Assembly (NCBI GenBank): GCA_965202625.1 | Contig: CBDBBI010000010.1 | Location: forward strand, 160,001 to 224,000 | DNA: 64,000 nucleotides | Origin: a bacterium | GTDB taxonomy: Bacteria > UBA8248 | Reading direction: 5' to 3' | Shown: piece after piece, positions 49,313-59,290 of the stretch | Numbering within the stretch: position 1 is the first letter of the stretch | How the letters are laid out: every line of letters starts with the position of its first letter | Notes under the pieces: generated by a model | The model's input: the letters and a program-made list of their open reading frames with translations, nothing else | Databases searched by the model: none | What the model was told of the DNA's origin: nothing | Position numbers and translations under genes: made by a program

Positions 49313-49868
49313 GGAGTCGCCTTTCTCGTTGAGGGATGAACCATTCACAGGTACATGGCAACAAAGAGACTATCCTCATCCTTATGGGTCTCGCCGTCCC
49401 GGGTTGAGGATTCCAATCTAGCCCCATTGCCCCGCGCGAATCAAGCGCGAGGCGCGTTTTCGAGCGACGTTCGAGCTTTTGTTTCACGCGTTTTCCCGCA
49501 GATCTTTTGAATCGGGGGCATTCTGGTACGCTCGCGCCGAAGTGGGGCGTGATTTGCGCCTTCGCTGTGTGGGGTTTTCTATTAGGTAAGGAGAATACAA
49601 GTGGTTTGTGCGAATGGCGTTTTCTGTGGGACTCTCGCTTTGTCATGTATGTGGGCGCGGGAGAGGGGAAACCGAGAAAGGGGACCCAGGTGGGGTTTCG
49701 CTACGAACACGTCCGCTTCTTGACGCGCGATGTCCGCGCCACGAAGGAGGATTTGAGGGATGCGCCCTGGGCGGTTTTCAGGCCTGGAGGAGAGGGGGAC
49801 CCCCGCTCGTTCGGGGATGTAGCTTGAGAAACCGTCCCGCCGCGCATCCGCCCTCTGCCGATACGGGC

Positions 49869-50759
49869 ATGACGCTTGAACTCGTTCTTGGTTCGCTGTT
49901 TCTCACGCTGGTGTGGGGGATGGCCCAGCCCATCATCAAGGGTGCCTACGCGGGTCTCACGCCCTTCGCCCTCATCTGGATGCGTTGCGGGGCGGGCATC
50001 CTCACTCTGACGCTCTATCGGCTCCTCACCCGTTCTCCCAACCGGGTGACCCATCCGGACGCCTGGAAGGAGAAGGGACACCGAATTCTAAGCGGCCTTT
50101 TGCATAACGTCTATATTCTATTCTTGTATCAGGGAATGTTCGGAACCACCGCCGCGCGCGCCTCGGTTCTGCTTTACACCCAGCCGATTTGGGTCATGCT
50201 GTTCAGTGCCCTGATGCTCGCGGGCGAGCGGATTACCCCCGTGCGGGCGCTCGGCTTCGCCGTGGCGATGGGCGGAACCATCACGGTGTTCTCAAATCGC
50301 CTTGGGCCGGGCAGCGCGCCTTGGGCGGACGCCTACGTCCTCCTCGCCGCCGTTCTCTGGGCGGTGCAGACGATGCACTACCGCCGATATCTCTCGAATT
50401 CGGATTTCGTGTCGATCGCCAGATGGGCCATGTTCATCGGGGCGCCGATGTATTTTCTTCTCTCCTATACGGAGCATCGCTTCGGAATCGCTTTTTTCGG
50501 AGGGGCGCAGATTTTGGCGGTCGTCTATATGGGCGTGCTGTCCAGCGCGCTCCTGCTGGCCTACTGGGGTTATTTGCTGCTCAAGTACTCACCCGCCAGA
50601 ATGTCGGTGTTCTTGTTTCTGAACCCCATCGTCGGCGTGCTAGGCAGCGCCTTCTATCTCGACGAACGACTGAGCTGGCGTCTGGCTGCGGGTGCCGCTC
50701 TGACGGCGGTCGGCGTCTGGCTGGTGACGGGAGAGGGAAGAGCGGCGCAGACGGGATAA
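49869..50759 (+). CDS. DMT/EamA family transporter
   Basis: VWGMAQPIIK, YTQPIW, FLNPIVGV; alternative TTG start at 49824. Confidence 0.88.
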   Translation: MTLELVLGSLFLTLVWGMAQPIIKGAYAGLTPFALIWMRCGAGILTLTLYRLLTRSPNRVTHPDAWKEKGHRILSGLLHNVYILFLYQGMFGTTAARASVLLYTQPIWVMLFSALMLAGERITPVRALGFAVAMGGTITVFSNRLGPGSAPWADAYVLLAAVLWAVQTMHYRRYLSNSDFVSIARWAMFIGAPMYFLLSYTEHRFGIAFFGGAQILAVVYMGVLSSALLLAYWGYLLLKYSPARMSVFLFLNPIVGVLGSAFYLDERLSWRLAAGAALTAVGVWLVTGEGRAAQTG

Positions 50760-50782
50760 GCGCCCCGCCTGTTTCCATGGAG

Positions 50783-51931
50783 TCATGGGGCGGCGGGTAC
50801 ATAAACCATTCCCTCCATCAGGCGTCTCGCCGTGCGATGGACGATCACCTTTTCCGCTTTGTATCCTTCGGGTGTGCTGAAAACGTCCGCGCCTACCGTC
50901 TGGACGCCCGAAGGATGCCCGAGGCGGATGGCGCGGTCGGATCGTCCGACGGCCTCGTGAACCAGAGTGCCGGGAATCTGCGCGGCGACTGCCAGGCACA
51001 TCGCGCCCGTGAGGGCGTAAGCGCGGTGGGTTTTGCCCATTGAGACGACGCTGCTCACGACGTCGCACGCATCCGGCGCGATGACGTCGCCTTTTAGGTT
51101 CACGTATTCTATCGCCGGTGCGACGAGGGCGATTTTCGGCGCTGCCTGCCCGCTCTCGGACGCCTCTCTCCTGTTTCGCGCCAGCCCCATGTGCACGGCC
51201 GCCTCCGCGCGAATCTGCTCAAGGTTCACCATCAGCTCGACTTGGCTGTCGATGCGTCCCGGGGCTTCTCCGCCGGACAGTCCTACGTCCTGCGCGCGGA
51301 GGAACACCATCGGGTTGGTCGCGTCCACCATGCTCACCTCAATGCTTCCCACGCCCTCGATCTGAAAAACGTCCACGACGTTGGCGGAGGGCAGGAGCTT
51401 TCCTGTGGCGGCGCCTCCCGGGTCCAGGAATTCGAGGGTGATTCGCGCCCCGGTGCCGGAGACGCCGGGCAGTTCGTATGCGCCGTTCACGCGGGCCGCG
51501 CCGGCTTCCACCTCAAAACGGCACTGGTAGGTTTTCCCCGTGTTCGTGTTGTGAACGCGAACGGTGGCGACTCCGTTTTCAGGCGCGGCGACCAACCCCT
51601 CATCCACCGCGAAGGGGCCGACGGCACTTGATATGTTTCCGCAGGTGCCCGCATAGTCCACGATTTTTTCCCGAACTCCCACCTGAGCGAAAGTAAAATC
51701 GACGTCCGCATCCACGCGCGCAGAGGGCGTGACGATGGCGATTTTGCTCAAAGAGGACACTCCGCCCCCTAGGCCATCCAGCTGGCGGCCGTTTGGGTCG
51801 GGACTGCCGAGAGCCTTGAGGAATATGGCGTCTCGCGCGTAGCGTTCCCCTGGCAAATCCTTCTCGTGGAAAAAGATGGCGCGGCTCGTACCCCCGCGCA
51901 TGAATACGGCCGGATATTTTGCTTGCCTCAT
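50783..51931 (-). CDS. prpF: PrpF family isomerase (2-methylaconitate/aconitate cis-trans isomerase-like)
   Basis: MRGGTSRAIFF, GSPDPNGRQLDGLGGG.SSLSK, CGNISSAVGPFA, HPSG, RTARRLMEG. Confidence 0.92.
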   Translation of the reverse strand: MRQAKYPAVFMRGGTSRAIFFHEKDLPGERYARDAIFLKALGSPDPNGRQLDGLGGGVSSLSKIAIVTPSARVDADVDFTFAQVGVREKIVDYAGTCGNISSAVGPFAVDEGLVAAPENGVATVRVHNTNTGKTYQCRFEVEAGAARVNGAYELPGVSGTGARITLEFLDPGGAATGKLLPSANVVDVFQIEGVGSIEVSMVDATNPMVFLRAQDVGLSGGEAPGRIDSQVELMVNLEQIRAEAAVHMGLARNRREASESGQAAPKIALVAPAIEYVNLKGDVIAPDACDVVSSVVSMGKTHRAYALTGAMCLAVAAQIPGTLVHEAVGRSDRAIRLGHPSGVQTVGADVFSTPEGYKAEKVIVHRTARRLMEGMVYVPAAP

Positions 51932-51932
51932 C

Positions 51933-53906
51933 TTATGCGCCGACTTCCGTTTCGCTCTGTGGTGCGCACACCCCTTCGATTCGGGCCAGAGCGAGCGCGC
52001 CGCCCGCCAGGAGGGTGCTCCGCTCGCGCGCAGTCAGCGTGCACGCCACGCCAAAGGCGCGGCCCGCTTCCTGGTTTTCCACTTCGAGGACGCCGGCGAT
52101 GAGCGAATCCCTGAGGTGGGAGATCGAGAGTTTCTGTCCCGGGGCGGTTTGCTCGTAGTCGGCTTCGTTCAGAAACAGGAGGGGCAGGACGCCCCAGTTG
52201 ATAAGATTCGCCCGGTGGATTCTGGCGAAACTCTTGGCGATGACCGCGCGAACTCCCAGCATCATTGGGCAGATCGCCGCCTGCTCCCGGGCGGAGCCTT
52301 GTCCGTATGTTTTCCCCCCGACGATGATTCCGCCGCCCGCTTTCCGCGCTCGGGAGACGAACGTTGAATCGACGCGCCTGAATACGTAATCGGACAGCGC
52401 GGGCATGTTCGTGCGATAGGTGATGGCCTCCACCCCTGCGGGAATGATGTGGTCGGTCGAGACGTTGTCGCCGAGTTTGATGAGAACTTCCCCCTTGCAG
52501 GAGTCCCCCCAAGGCGACCCTACCGGAACGGGGCCGATGTTCGGCCCTCGCGGAATTTCCACGGACGCCGAATCGTCCGACGGGGGAACGATGCCCGTCC
52601 TGTCGCTCTTCAGACGGTGGGGAAGGAGGATTTCGGGAGGTTTCCCTTCTTTTCGCGGGTCTCTTATCTCTCCGTGAAGGGCGGCGACGGCGGCCACTTC
52701 GGGACTCGCGAGATATACCGAATCCTCATCCGCTCCCGAACGCCCCTTGAAGTTGCGGTTGAAGGTGCGCAGGGAGTTCATGCCCGAGGCCGGAATGTGT
52801 GCGTAGCCGGGACATGCGCCGCAAGTCGCTTCGGAGACGCATACGCCGGCGGCGAGGAGGTCGGCCAGGTGCCCCTCTCTGGCGAGTTCCTCGAACGCCT
52901 GGCGGCTGCCCGGAAAAACGATGGCGTCCACGAGGTGGGCCACTTTCCGGCCCCTGAGCGTCTGGGCGAACGAAGCGACGTCGGTGAATGAGCCGTTCGT
53001 GCAGCTGCCGATGATGACTTGGTGAACCGGCGTGCCGACGGCTTCCGATACGGGAACCACGTTGTCCGGATCGGAGGGCAGGGCGACGAGAGGCTCTATC
53101 TCGCTCAGGTTCAGCGTCATTTTCTCGTCATAGGCGGCGTCCCTGTCCGCTTCCTGGGCGGACCAATCCCAGGGGCGGTTGATGCGCTCGTAAAACAATC
53201 GGGTCTGCGCGTCGCTGGGGAACACGCTCCCCGTCAGTCCCAGCTCGGTCCCCATGCTGGCGATAGTGAAGCGCTCCGGCACCGAGAGTGTGAGGACGCC
53301 GGGTCCGGCGTATTCAAAGAATTTGCCAATTCCCCCCTGAACGCCCAGCCGGCGCAGAAGCTCCAGGGCGACGTCTTTCGCCGTGGCACAGGGGCCCAGT
53401 TTTCCGCTCAGATTCATCTCCACGACGAGAGGGCGGGGGAGAATGGCGGCGCCCGTCGCCATGGCGACTGCCACGTCCACCCCGCCGGCGCCGATGGCGA
53501 GCATCCCCACGGCTCCCGCCTGGGGCGTATGGGAATCGGTCCCCATGAGACTTGTCCCGGGAAGGGAGAATTCCTCAAGGTGCACGTTGTGGCAGACGCC
53601 GTTTCCAGGTTTTGAGAAATGGATGCCGTATTTTTGACAAAATCCGAGCATGAAGCGGTGGGCGTCCGTGTGCAGGTGGTGTGCCTGAATAGTTTGGTGG
53701 TCGCCATACATGACGGCGGTTTTTTGTTTTACCCTTTCAAAGCCCATAGCCTCGAACTGGAGCAGTGCCATGGGACCCGAGGCGTCCTGAAGGAGGATCT
53801 GATCGATTTTGATCTTGACCTCCTCGCCGGGAGTTCTGGAGGCGCCTGAGAGGAGGTGCGCGTCGAGGAGTTTTTGCGTGAGGCTGCGCGCATCTGGATC
53901 AACCAC
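51933..53906 (-). CDS. Aconitate hydratase (short, about 657 aa type)
   Basis: LLQDASG, DH, GNGVCH, GTDSHT, IGSCTNG, CGACPG, RTFNRNF.GRSG, STDHI.PAG, YGQGSARE; GTG 53906 overlaps the citrate synthase TGA. Confidence 0.88.
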   Translation of the reverse strand: MVDPDARSLTQKLLDAHLLSGASRTPGEEVKIKIDQILLQDASGPMALLQFEAMGFERVKQKTAVMYGDHQTIQAHHLHTDAHRFMLGFCQKYGIHFSKPGNGVCHNVHLEEFSLPGTSLMGTDSHTPQAGAVGMLAIGAGGVDVAVAMATGAAILPRPLVVEMNLSGKLGPCATAKDVALELLRRLGVQGGIGKFFEYAGPGVLTLSVPERFTIASMGTELGLTGSVFPSDAQTRLFYERINRPWDWSAQEADRDAAYDEKMTLNLSEIEPLVALPSDPDNVVPVSEAVGTPVHQVIIGSCTNGSFTDVASFAQTLRGRKVAHLVDAIVFPGSRQAFEELAREGHLADLLAAGVCVSEATCGACPGYAHIPASGMNSLRTFNRNFKGRSGADEDSVYLASPEVAAVAALHGEIRDPRKEGKPPEILLPHRLKSDRTGIVPPSDDSASVEIPRGPNIGPVPVGSPWGDSCKGEVLIKLGDNVSTDHIIPAGVEAITYRTNMPALSDYVFRRVDSTFVSRARKAGGGIIVGGKTYGQGSAREQAAICPMMLGVRAVIAKSFARIHRANLINWGVLPLLFLNEADYEQTAPGQKLSISHLRDSLIAGVLEVENQEAGRAFGVACTLTARERSTLLAGGALALARIEGVCAPQSETEVGA

Positions 53907-55031
53907 GGCTTCTGAGTGCCTTGTAAGCCCGCTTGGCGGGGCCGACGTAGCGCGCCCGGGGGCGGATGAGACGATTATCGGCCTGCTGCTCCAGGATGTT
54001 GGCCGTCCAGCCGGCGACCCTTGACATGGCGATGATGGGAACGAACAGCTCCATGGGGATTCCCAGGCCTTGCCACAGGGGAGCGGAGTAGAAGTCCACG
54101 TTCGGAATGACGCCTTTTCTGCTTCGAACCGCGCGATCGAGTGCCCGCGCCATGTCGAACCATTTGCTCTCCCGCCCGGGACGGTGGGATATCTCATCTG
54201 CCAGTTCGATGAGGACGTCTGCGCGGGGGTCCCCGTTCCTGGCGTACACCCGGTGGCCGAACCCCATGAGCAGCCTTTTTTGCGCGCCTCCTCGACGAAG
54301 GGTTCCACGGCCTCTATCGATCCGATTTCCTTCAAGGTTTCCATGACCGCCAGTCCGGCACCCCCGTGCAGCGGGCCTTTCAGGGCGCTGACGCCCGCCG
54401 TGACGGCGGAATAGATGTCTGACATCGTGGAGGTGACGACCCGCGTTGCGAAGGTCGAGGCGTTGATCTCGTGCTCCGCGTACAGGACGAGCGTGGCGTC
54501 GAGCGCGCGGGCGTCAGCTTTGTCGGGAGTCTCTCCGGTGATCATGTATAGAAAGTTCGCCGCATGTCCGAGTCCCTTGCGCGGGGTGAGGGGCTTGAGG
54601 CCGGCCGCCAGTCGATGCTGGGCGGCGATGATGGTGGGAATTTTCGCCACCAGCCGGATTGCTTTTCTGGCGTTCGCCTCGGGTGCGGCGTCCTCCGCCT
54701 CGGGGTCGAAAAGTCCCATGACGCCGACGCCCCCCCTGAGTGCCGCCGTTCTTTGCCCTCTGGAGGGGATCTGCTTCAGGGTGCGCAGCATCTCGGGCGA
54801 GAGCTTTCGCTCGGCCTTAAGGTTTTGGTCAAACGCTTTCAGGCGCTCGCGTGTGGGCAATTCCCCGCGCCATAGGAGATAGACGATTTCCTCGAAAGTC
54901 GCCCTTTGGCGCACCATCTCCGGCACGTCATACCCGCAATAGGCCAAAACGCCGTTCACGCCGTCGAGATCGCATATGCGCGTGTCGGTCGCTATGACGC
55001 CCTCAAGTCCCCGGATGGGCGCGTCTTCCAT
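53899..55031 (-). CDS. Citrate/2-methylcitrate synthase, frameshifted at the A6 run (plus-strand T 54276..54281)
   Basis: GLEGV, AEHEINASTF, LKGPLHGGA; one extra A restores LMGFGHRVY...DPR...PNVDFYS...SRVAGW...IRPRARY (about 377 aa). Confidence 0.88.
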
Positions 55032-55056
55032 GTCGGCGTCCCTCCCGGAGCACTAC

Positions 55057-56013
55057 TCAGGCGTATATCTCAGGGTTGGCGAGCGACGTGACTCTCTCGC
55101 CCTCCACCGCTCTTTTGATGTTATCACACAAAAGTTGATAGCTGGCGCGCTGAACACTCTCGGTCTGAGCGGCATTGTGCGGGGATATGACGACGTTGGA
55201 AAACCGGTGCAGGGGGTGTGTCTTGGGCAAGGGTTCAGGATCGGTGACGTCGAGTCCCGCGCCAGCGATTCTCCCCTCTCTGATGGCCACCAAGAGCGCG
55301 TCCGTGTCCACGTGGGGTCCGCGCGAGACGTTAATGAGAAACGCCGTTTTCTTCATGGTTTCAAGTTCTCGCTCGCCTATAATACCCTTGTTCTCGGGCG
55401 TCAGGGGCAGGGTGAGCGCCACGAAGTCCGCGCGCGGCAATAGTTCCTCAAGAGTCTCTGCCTCCTCCACCTCGAAGCCCTGCGGACGGAATTTCCTCCT
55501 CGTGCGCGTATAGGCGAGTATCTCCATCTCGAAACCGGCGGCGCGCCTGGCGAGCGCCTGCCCTATGTTGCCGAGACCCACGATGCCAAGCGTCGCCCCT
55601 TGCAGCTGAACGTGAAGCTTGCGCTCTCCGATCGACCAAAGCCAGGGTCTGCGCGCCATCATAAGCATCAGCGCCATCGCGTGCTCCGCCACAGGGACGC
55701 ACCGCATCGATCCGGGAGCGTTGGCGACGGGAATGCCGTGCTCCGTGGCAGCGCGCACGTCGATATTGTCGACGCCCGTCCCCACTTTTCCGACGACCTT
55801 GATGTTAGGCCCCGATTCCATCAACCCTCTCGTGATGGGGGCGAATCCGGTGACGAGCGCGCAGGCGCTTTTCGCCTCCTCACGCAAAGCGTCAGGGTGA
55901 AAAGACGCAGGGACGATGAACGTATAGCCCTCGTGCAGGTATTCTTCCATGAACGCTTTTCGGGCCGGCTGCGTTCTGGTGCGCTCATCTACGCTGAGGA
56001 CGCGATGCTGCAT
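55057..56013 (-). CDS. D-isomer specific 2-hydroxyacid dehydrogenase
   Basis: GTGVDNID, VAEHA, GIVGLGNIG, INVSRG, GLDVTDPEP, SPHNA; GGAGG before ATG 56013. Confidence 0.92.
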   Translation of the reverse strand: MQHRVLSVDERTRTQPARKAFMEEYLHEGYTFIVPASFHPDALREEAKSACALVTGFAPITRGLMESGPNIKVVGKVGTGVDNIDVRAATEHGIPVANAPGSMRCVPVAEHAMALMLMMARRPWLWSIGERKLHVQLQGATLGIVGLGNIGQALARRAAGFEMEILAYTRTRRKFRPQGFEVEEAETLEELLPRADFVALTLPLTPENKGIIGERELETMKKTAFLINVSRGPHVDTDALLVAIREGRIAGAGLDVTDPEPLPKTHPLHRFSNVVISPHNAAQTESVQRASYQLLCDNIKRAVEGERVTSLANPEIYA

Positions 56014-56641
56014 TTTTTCCTCCTCCGTGTTCATCTATTGCGCCCGCCATGCTCGAGACGCCGGGCCGCCATGCGGGAGGCGGGTCTGCACCTTCGCGCG
56101 CATATCCATCCCGCTCCAGCCGGTCCCGATACCACTCCTCGTTTACCCGGTTGGTGTCCGCGTCCATTCGGGCCATGTCGCAGAAAATCTCGATGCCGTT
56201 TCCGCAAGGATCGTGAAAGTAGAAGGCGCGGTTCTCACCCAGGGTTCCGTCTCCCTCCGGGTGCGTCGGGCTGTGGACGAGAGGACCCGCGGCGATGTCG
56301 ATCCCTTTCGAGCGAATGTGCCGCACCCAGGCTTCGAACTCCTCTCGGGAGCCTACCTCGAAGGCGAGGTGGTGAAGGCCGACTTCGGGTTTTCTCATGT
56401 CGCCTTCCTTGGGCGACAGGCCGGCGTCCGGATGGTATCCGATGAGGGAGATTTCGTGATGTCCCTCTGCGCAGCGCATGAAGCATATTCCCCAGGGGTT
56501 ATGGGGGTTGTCCCCTGGGGCGTAGCGATCGGAGATTCTCAGGCCCATGACGTCGCGGTAGAAATGTGTGGCTTCGTCCAGATCGTGCACCTTGAGGCCA
56601 ACGTGCTGAATGCGCTTCAGGGGAGGGGGGGCGTCGCTCAT
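55985..56641 (-). CDS. VOC (glyoxalase/extradiol dioxygenase fold) family protein
   Basis: IQHVGLKV.DL...FY.DVMG, GHHEISL, GLHHLAFEV, FYFHDPCGNGIEI. Confidence 0.88.
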   Translation of the reverse strand: MSDAPPPLKRIQHVGLKVHDLDEATHFYRDVMGLRISDRYAPGDNPHNPWGICFMRCAEGHHEISLIGYHPDAGLSPKEGDMRKPEVGLHHLAFEVGSREEFEAWVRHIRSKGIDIAAGPLVHSPTHPEGDGTLGENRAFYFHDPCGNGIEIFCDMARMDADTNRVNEEWYRDRLERDGYAREGADPPPAWRPGVSSMAGAIDEHGGGKNAASRPQRR

Positions 56642-56671
56642 CGTGTCTCTCCTTCTGGGGATGCGCGTGGA

Positions 56672-59143
56672 CTAGGCGGTTTGCGGCGTCTCGTCCGCTC
56701 GGGTTCTTTGCATGATGAACGCCGCTGCGATGGTGAGAACGCCTACGGCGTATGCGTAATACCGTAAATCTCCCTTTATCGGGGTGATGAACGCCACGAA
56801 ATTCCCCACGGGAAGGAGCAGACAAACGGAGCTGACGAACATCAAGATGCGCTCCGCTCGGTTGGCGTGCCGCGTCATGAAGTTCTCCATCCATCCGGCC
56901 CACCCGACGATGCCGATGAGACAGGCGGCGAAGGTGATGCTTACCTCCATGGCCGTGCCGCTGAGGAGGAGAGGGGTATAAACGAACAGGAATGGCATGA
57001 TGAAGAGCCAGGAGGCGAGCTTGAGAGCCTGAAAGCCGGTCTGGACCGGGTCGGATACGGCGATGGCGCTCGCCGCGTAGGCGGCCAGGGCGACCGGAGG
57101 GGTCACCGCGCTCACGACGGCTACCCAATAGCAGATGAGGTGGGCGTGCACCGTGGGGATTCCCAGATTGGTGAGCGCGATGACGCCAAAGATGACCAGC
57201 ACCACATAGCTCGCCGTGATGGGCAGGCCCATGCCGACGATGTATCCAGCGATGATCACCCAGATGATGGTGAGCGGCAAAAGCCCGAAGCTGAAGTCGG
57301 TCAGCAGGATGGAGATGCGTCCCGAGAGGTCGCTTTGCGTCGCGCAGGAGAGGAGTATGCCCAGCACACAGGCGATGCAGCCGATGACGAGCGTATTTCT
57401 GGCGCCGGCCTCAAGCGAGACCCACGTGATCCTGATGATTTCGAGAAGGAGGTCGCGAAGCCGCGTGTAGAGAATCGGGCCCGTCTCATGCTCAGGGTTT
57501 GCTGCGGAATCGCTTTTGGAGGCGGCGATGAGAATTTCCCCGAGTTTCAGAATGATGAATCCCGCTATTGTCCAGAACAGGGCGTCTCCCCAGTTCATTC
57601 CGCGCAGCGTGTCCGCGAACCAGGAGAACGGAGCGCCCACCTTCAGCCCGAAGTAATAAGAGAAAACGCCGAAGAGGATCGAGATGCACAAGAAGGGACG
57701 GGCTGTCTTGTGCGCCGTCGGTATCTTGAGCGCCGCGAGCAACTCGCAGGACTTGAGCATGATGATGATGCAGATGGTCTTGAAGGCCGCCAGAAAAGCG
57801 GAATCCCCGATCACGAGATAATACACCATCACGGGAATGGGCAGCAGGAAATGAAGACGCGGAACGATCCGGTTCCAGGCGGGAAGTTCCGACACGGGAA
57901 CGCCGTGAAGCCCCCGCCGCACCGCGCGGATATACACCATGTAGCCCACAGACAAATAATAGAGAATGGCGGGAAGAGTCGCTATTTTCACGATCTCGAA
58001 ATAGGGCGTTTCGGTGAGCTGTGCGACGAGGAAGGCGGCGCCCGCCATGATGGGAGGCATGTACGCGCCCCCCGTGGAGGCGGCCGCCTCGACCGCGCCG
58101 GCGAACTCGGAGCGGTAGCCCACCCGCTTCATGAGCGGAATGGTGAACGTTCCCGTCGTCACCACGTTGGCGACGCCGCTGCCGGATATCATGCCAAACA
58201 GACCGCTCGACATGACGGCCGTCAGGCCGGGGCCGCCCGTTTTCTGTCCCGTCAGTCGATAGGTGGCGTCGATGAGGAATTCGCCGAGCCCCGTTTTTTC
58301 CAGAAAGGCGCCGAGGACGACGAATATGACGATGTAGGTGGCGAAAACCTCGACGATGAGACCGGTGATGCCGTCGGCCTCCAGCATCAGGAACTCGGCC
58401 ACGCGGTCGAGTCCGAAGCCATCGTGAAAAAGGAGTCCCGGAGACATCTGGGCGATGGGTTGGAAGGTATAGATGAGGAACATAAAGCCGATGAGCGGAA
58501 TGACAGGGCCGATGACGCGCCTGGCGATGTCGAAGCTCACCGCCGTCAGAAGCGCGGTGTATATCACCACCGAGGTGGGCACGGGGCCGCCGATGCGCGT
58601 GGTGAGCTCGATGTTGAACATGTTCCACCAGACGATGGGGGCGACGGCCGATACGATGAACAGCCAGTCGGAGAGTGACGGAATCTCCGATATCCTCCGT
58701 CTGGTGGCTTCGTATCGATACAAAAATGCGCCGAACAGCCCGCCGCCGAGGGCGAGCAGATAGGTTCCTGCCCCCAGAAATTCGCTCCAAAGCCCGTCTC
58801 GATGGAATACGCCCCAGTAGAACCACAGGATTAATGACGCACACATGACGACGAGGGCGAGGAACGAAAAGAATTCATCCAGATAGGCGAATCCGTCTCG
58901 AATGGGTCTTTGCCTGCTTTTGTAGACGAGGATGCACAGGGCGGCGGTCGCCAGGATATAGACGCCCTTGAAGATTTCTGATCGCGGGGGGCCGAAGTAG
59001 GAGATATGGACGAAAAAGTAGGAAAACGCCACGGAGATGATGGAGACGATGACGTGCGGGAAGCCCCTGAGCGCGCGTGGTTTCACCATCTCGCTGGATA
59101 TGAGGCCGACCTTGATCAATATGGGCAGGAGATTCCGAAACAT
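56672..59143 (-). CDS. TRAP transporter 4TM/12TM fused permease
   Basis: SSGLFGMISGSGVANVVTTG.FTIP.MK, AVEAAASTGG..MPPIMAGAAF, GMGLP.TASY, VTPPVALAAYAA. Confidence 0.93.
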   Translation of the reverse strand: MFRNLLPILIKVGLISSEMVKPRALRGFPHVIVSIISVAFSYFFVHISYFGPPRSEIFKGVYILATAALCILVYKSRQRPIRDGFAYLDEFFSFLALVVMCASLILWFYWGVFHRDGLWSEFLGAGTYLLALGGGLFGAFLYRYEATRRRISEIPSLSDWLFIVSAVAPIVWWNMFNIELTTRIGGPVPTSVVIYTALLTAVSFDIARRVIGPVIPLIGFMFLIYTFQPIAQMSPGLLFHDGFGLDRVAEFLMLEADGITGLIVEVFATYIVIFVVLGAFLEKTGLGEFLIDATYRLTGQKTGGPGLTAVMSSGLFGMISGSGVANVVTTGTFTIPLMKRVGYRSEFAGAVEAAASTGGAYMPPIMAGAAFLVAQLTETPYFEIVKIATLPAILYYLSVGYMVYIRAVRRGLHGVPVSELPAWNRIVPRLHFLLPIPVMVYYLVIGDSAFLAAFKTICIIIMLKSCELLAALKIPTAHKTARPFLCISILFGVFSYYFGLKVGAPFSWFADTLRGMNWGDALFWTIAGFIILKLGEILIAASKSDSAANPEHETGPILYTRLRDLLLEIIRITWVSLEAGARNTLVIGCIACVLGILLSCATQSDLSGRISILLTDFSFGLLPLTIIWVIIAGYIVGMGLPITASYVVLVIFGVIALTNLGIPTVHAHLICYWVAVVSAVTPPVALAAYAASAIAVSDPVQTGFQALKLASWLFIMPFLFVYTPLLLSGTAMEVSITFAACLIGIVGWAGWMENFMTRHANRAERILMFVSSVCLLLPVGNFVAFITPIKGDLRYYAYAVGVLTIAAAFIMQRTRADETPQTA

Positions 59144-59209
59144 GGCGTCCCTATCTTGCGTTGGGCGATTCCACAGTTGGTTTTCGGGAGAAAAAGCGCA
59201 AAGAACTAT

Positions 59210-59248
59210 CGGGGAGGAGGAGCGCGCTGCGGGCTCTCCTCCTCCCCG
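59210..59248. terminator. Intercistronic stem-loop between the TAXI binding protein and TRAP permease genes
   Basis: Perfect 13-bp inverted repeat CGGGGAGGAGGAG (59210..59222) / CTCCTCCTCCCCG (59236..59248); may act as an mRNA-stabilising hairpin or partial terminator. Confidence 0.65.
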
Positions 59249-59290
59249 GATGATTCCGTATCCGCCGGATTCTCCGGTCGGTGCCGAGGG

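Noticed and set aside
49645-49827. Short ORF with FRYEHVRFLTRDVRAT, faintly like a VOC N-terminus
   Set aside because: Too short and degenerate to support; could be a remnant or chance.
51933-55031. 1032-aa citrate synthase-aconitase fusion protein
   Set aside because: The middle ~120 aa are out-of-frame sequence; the true synthase C-terminus (GFGHRVY, PNVDFY) is in another frame, so these are two genes with a 1-nt indel.
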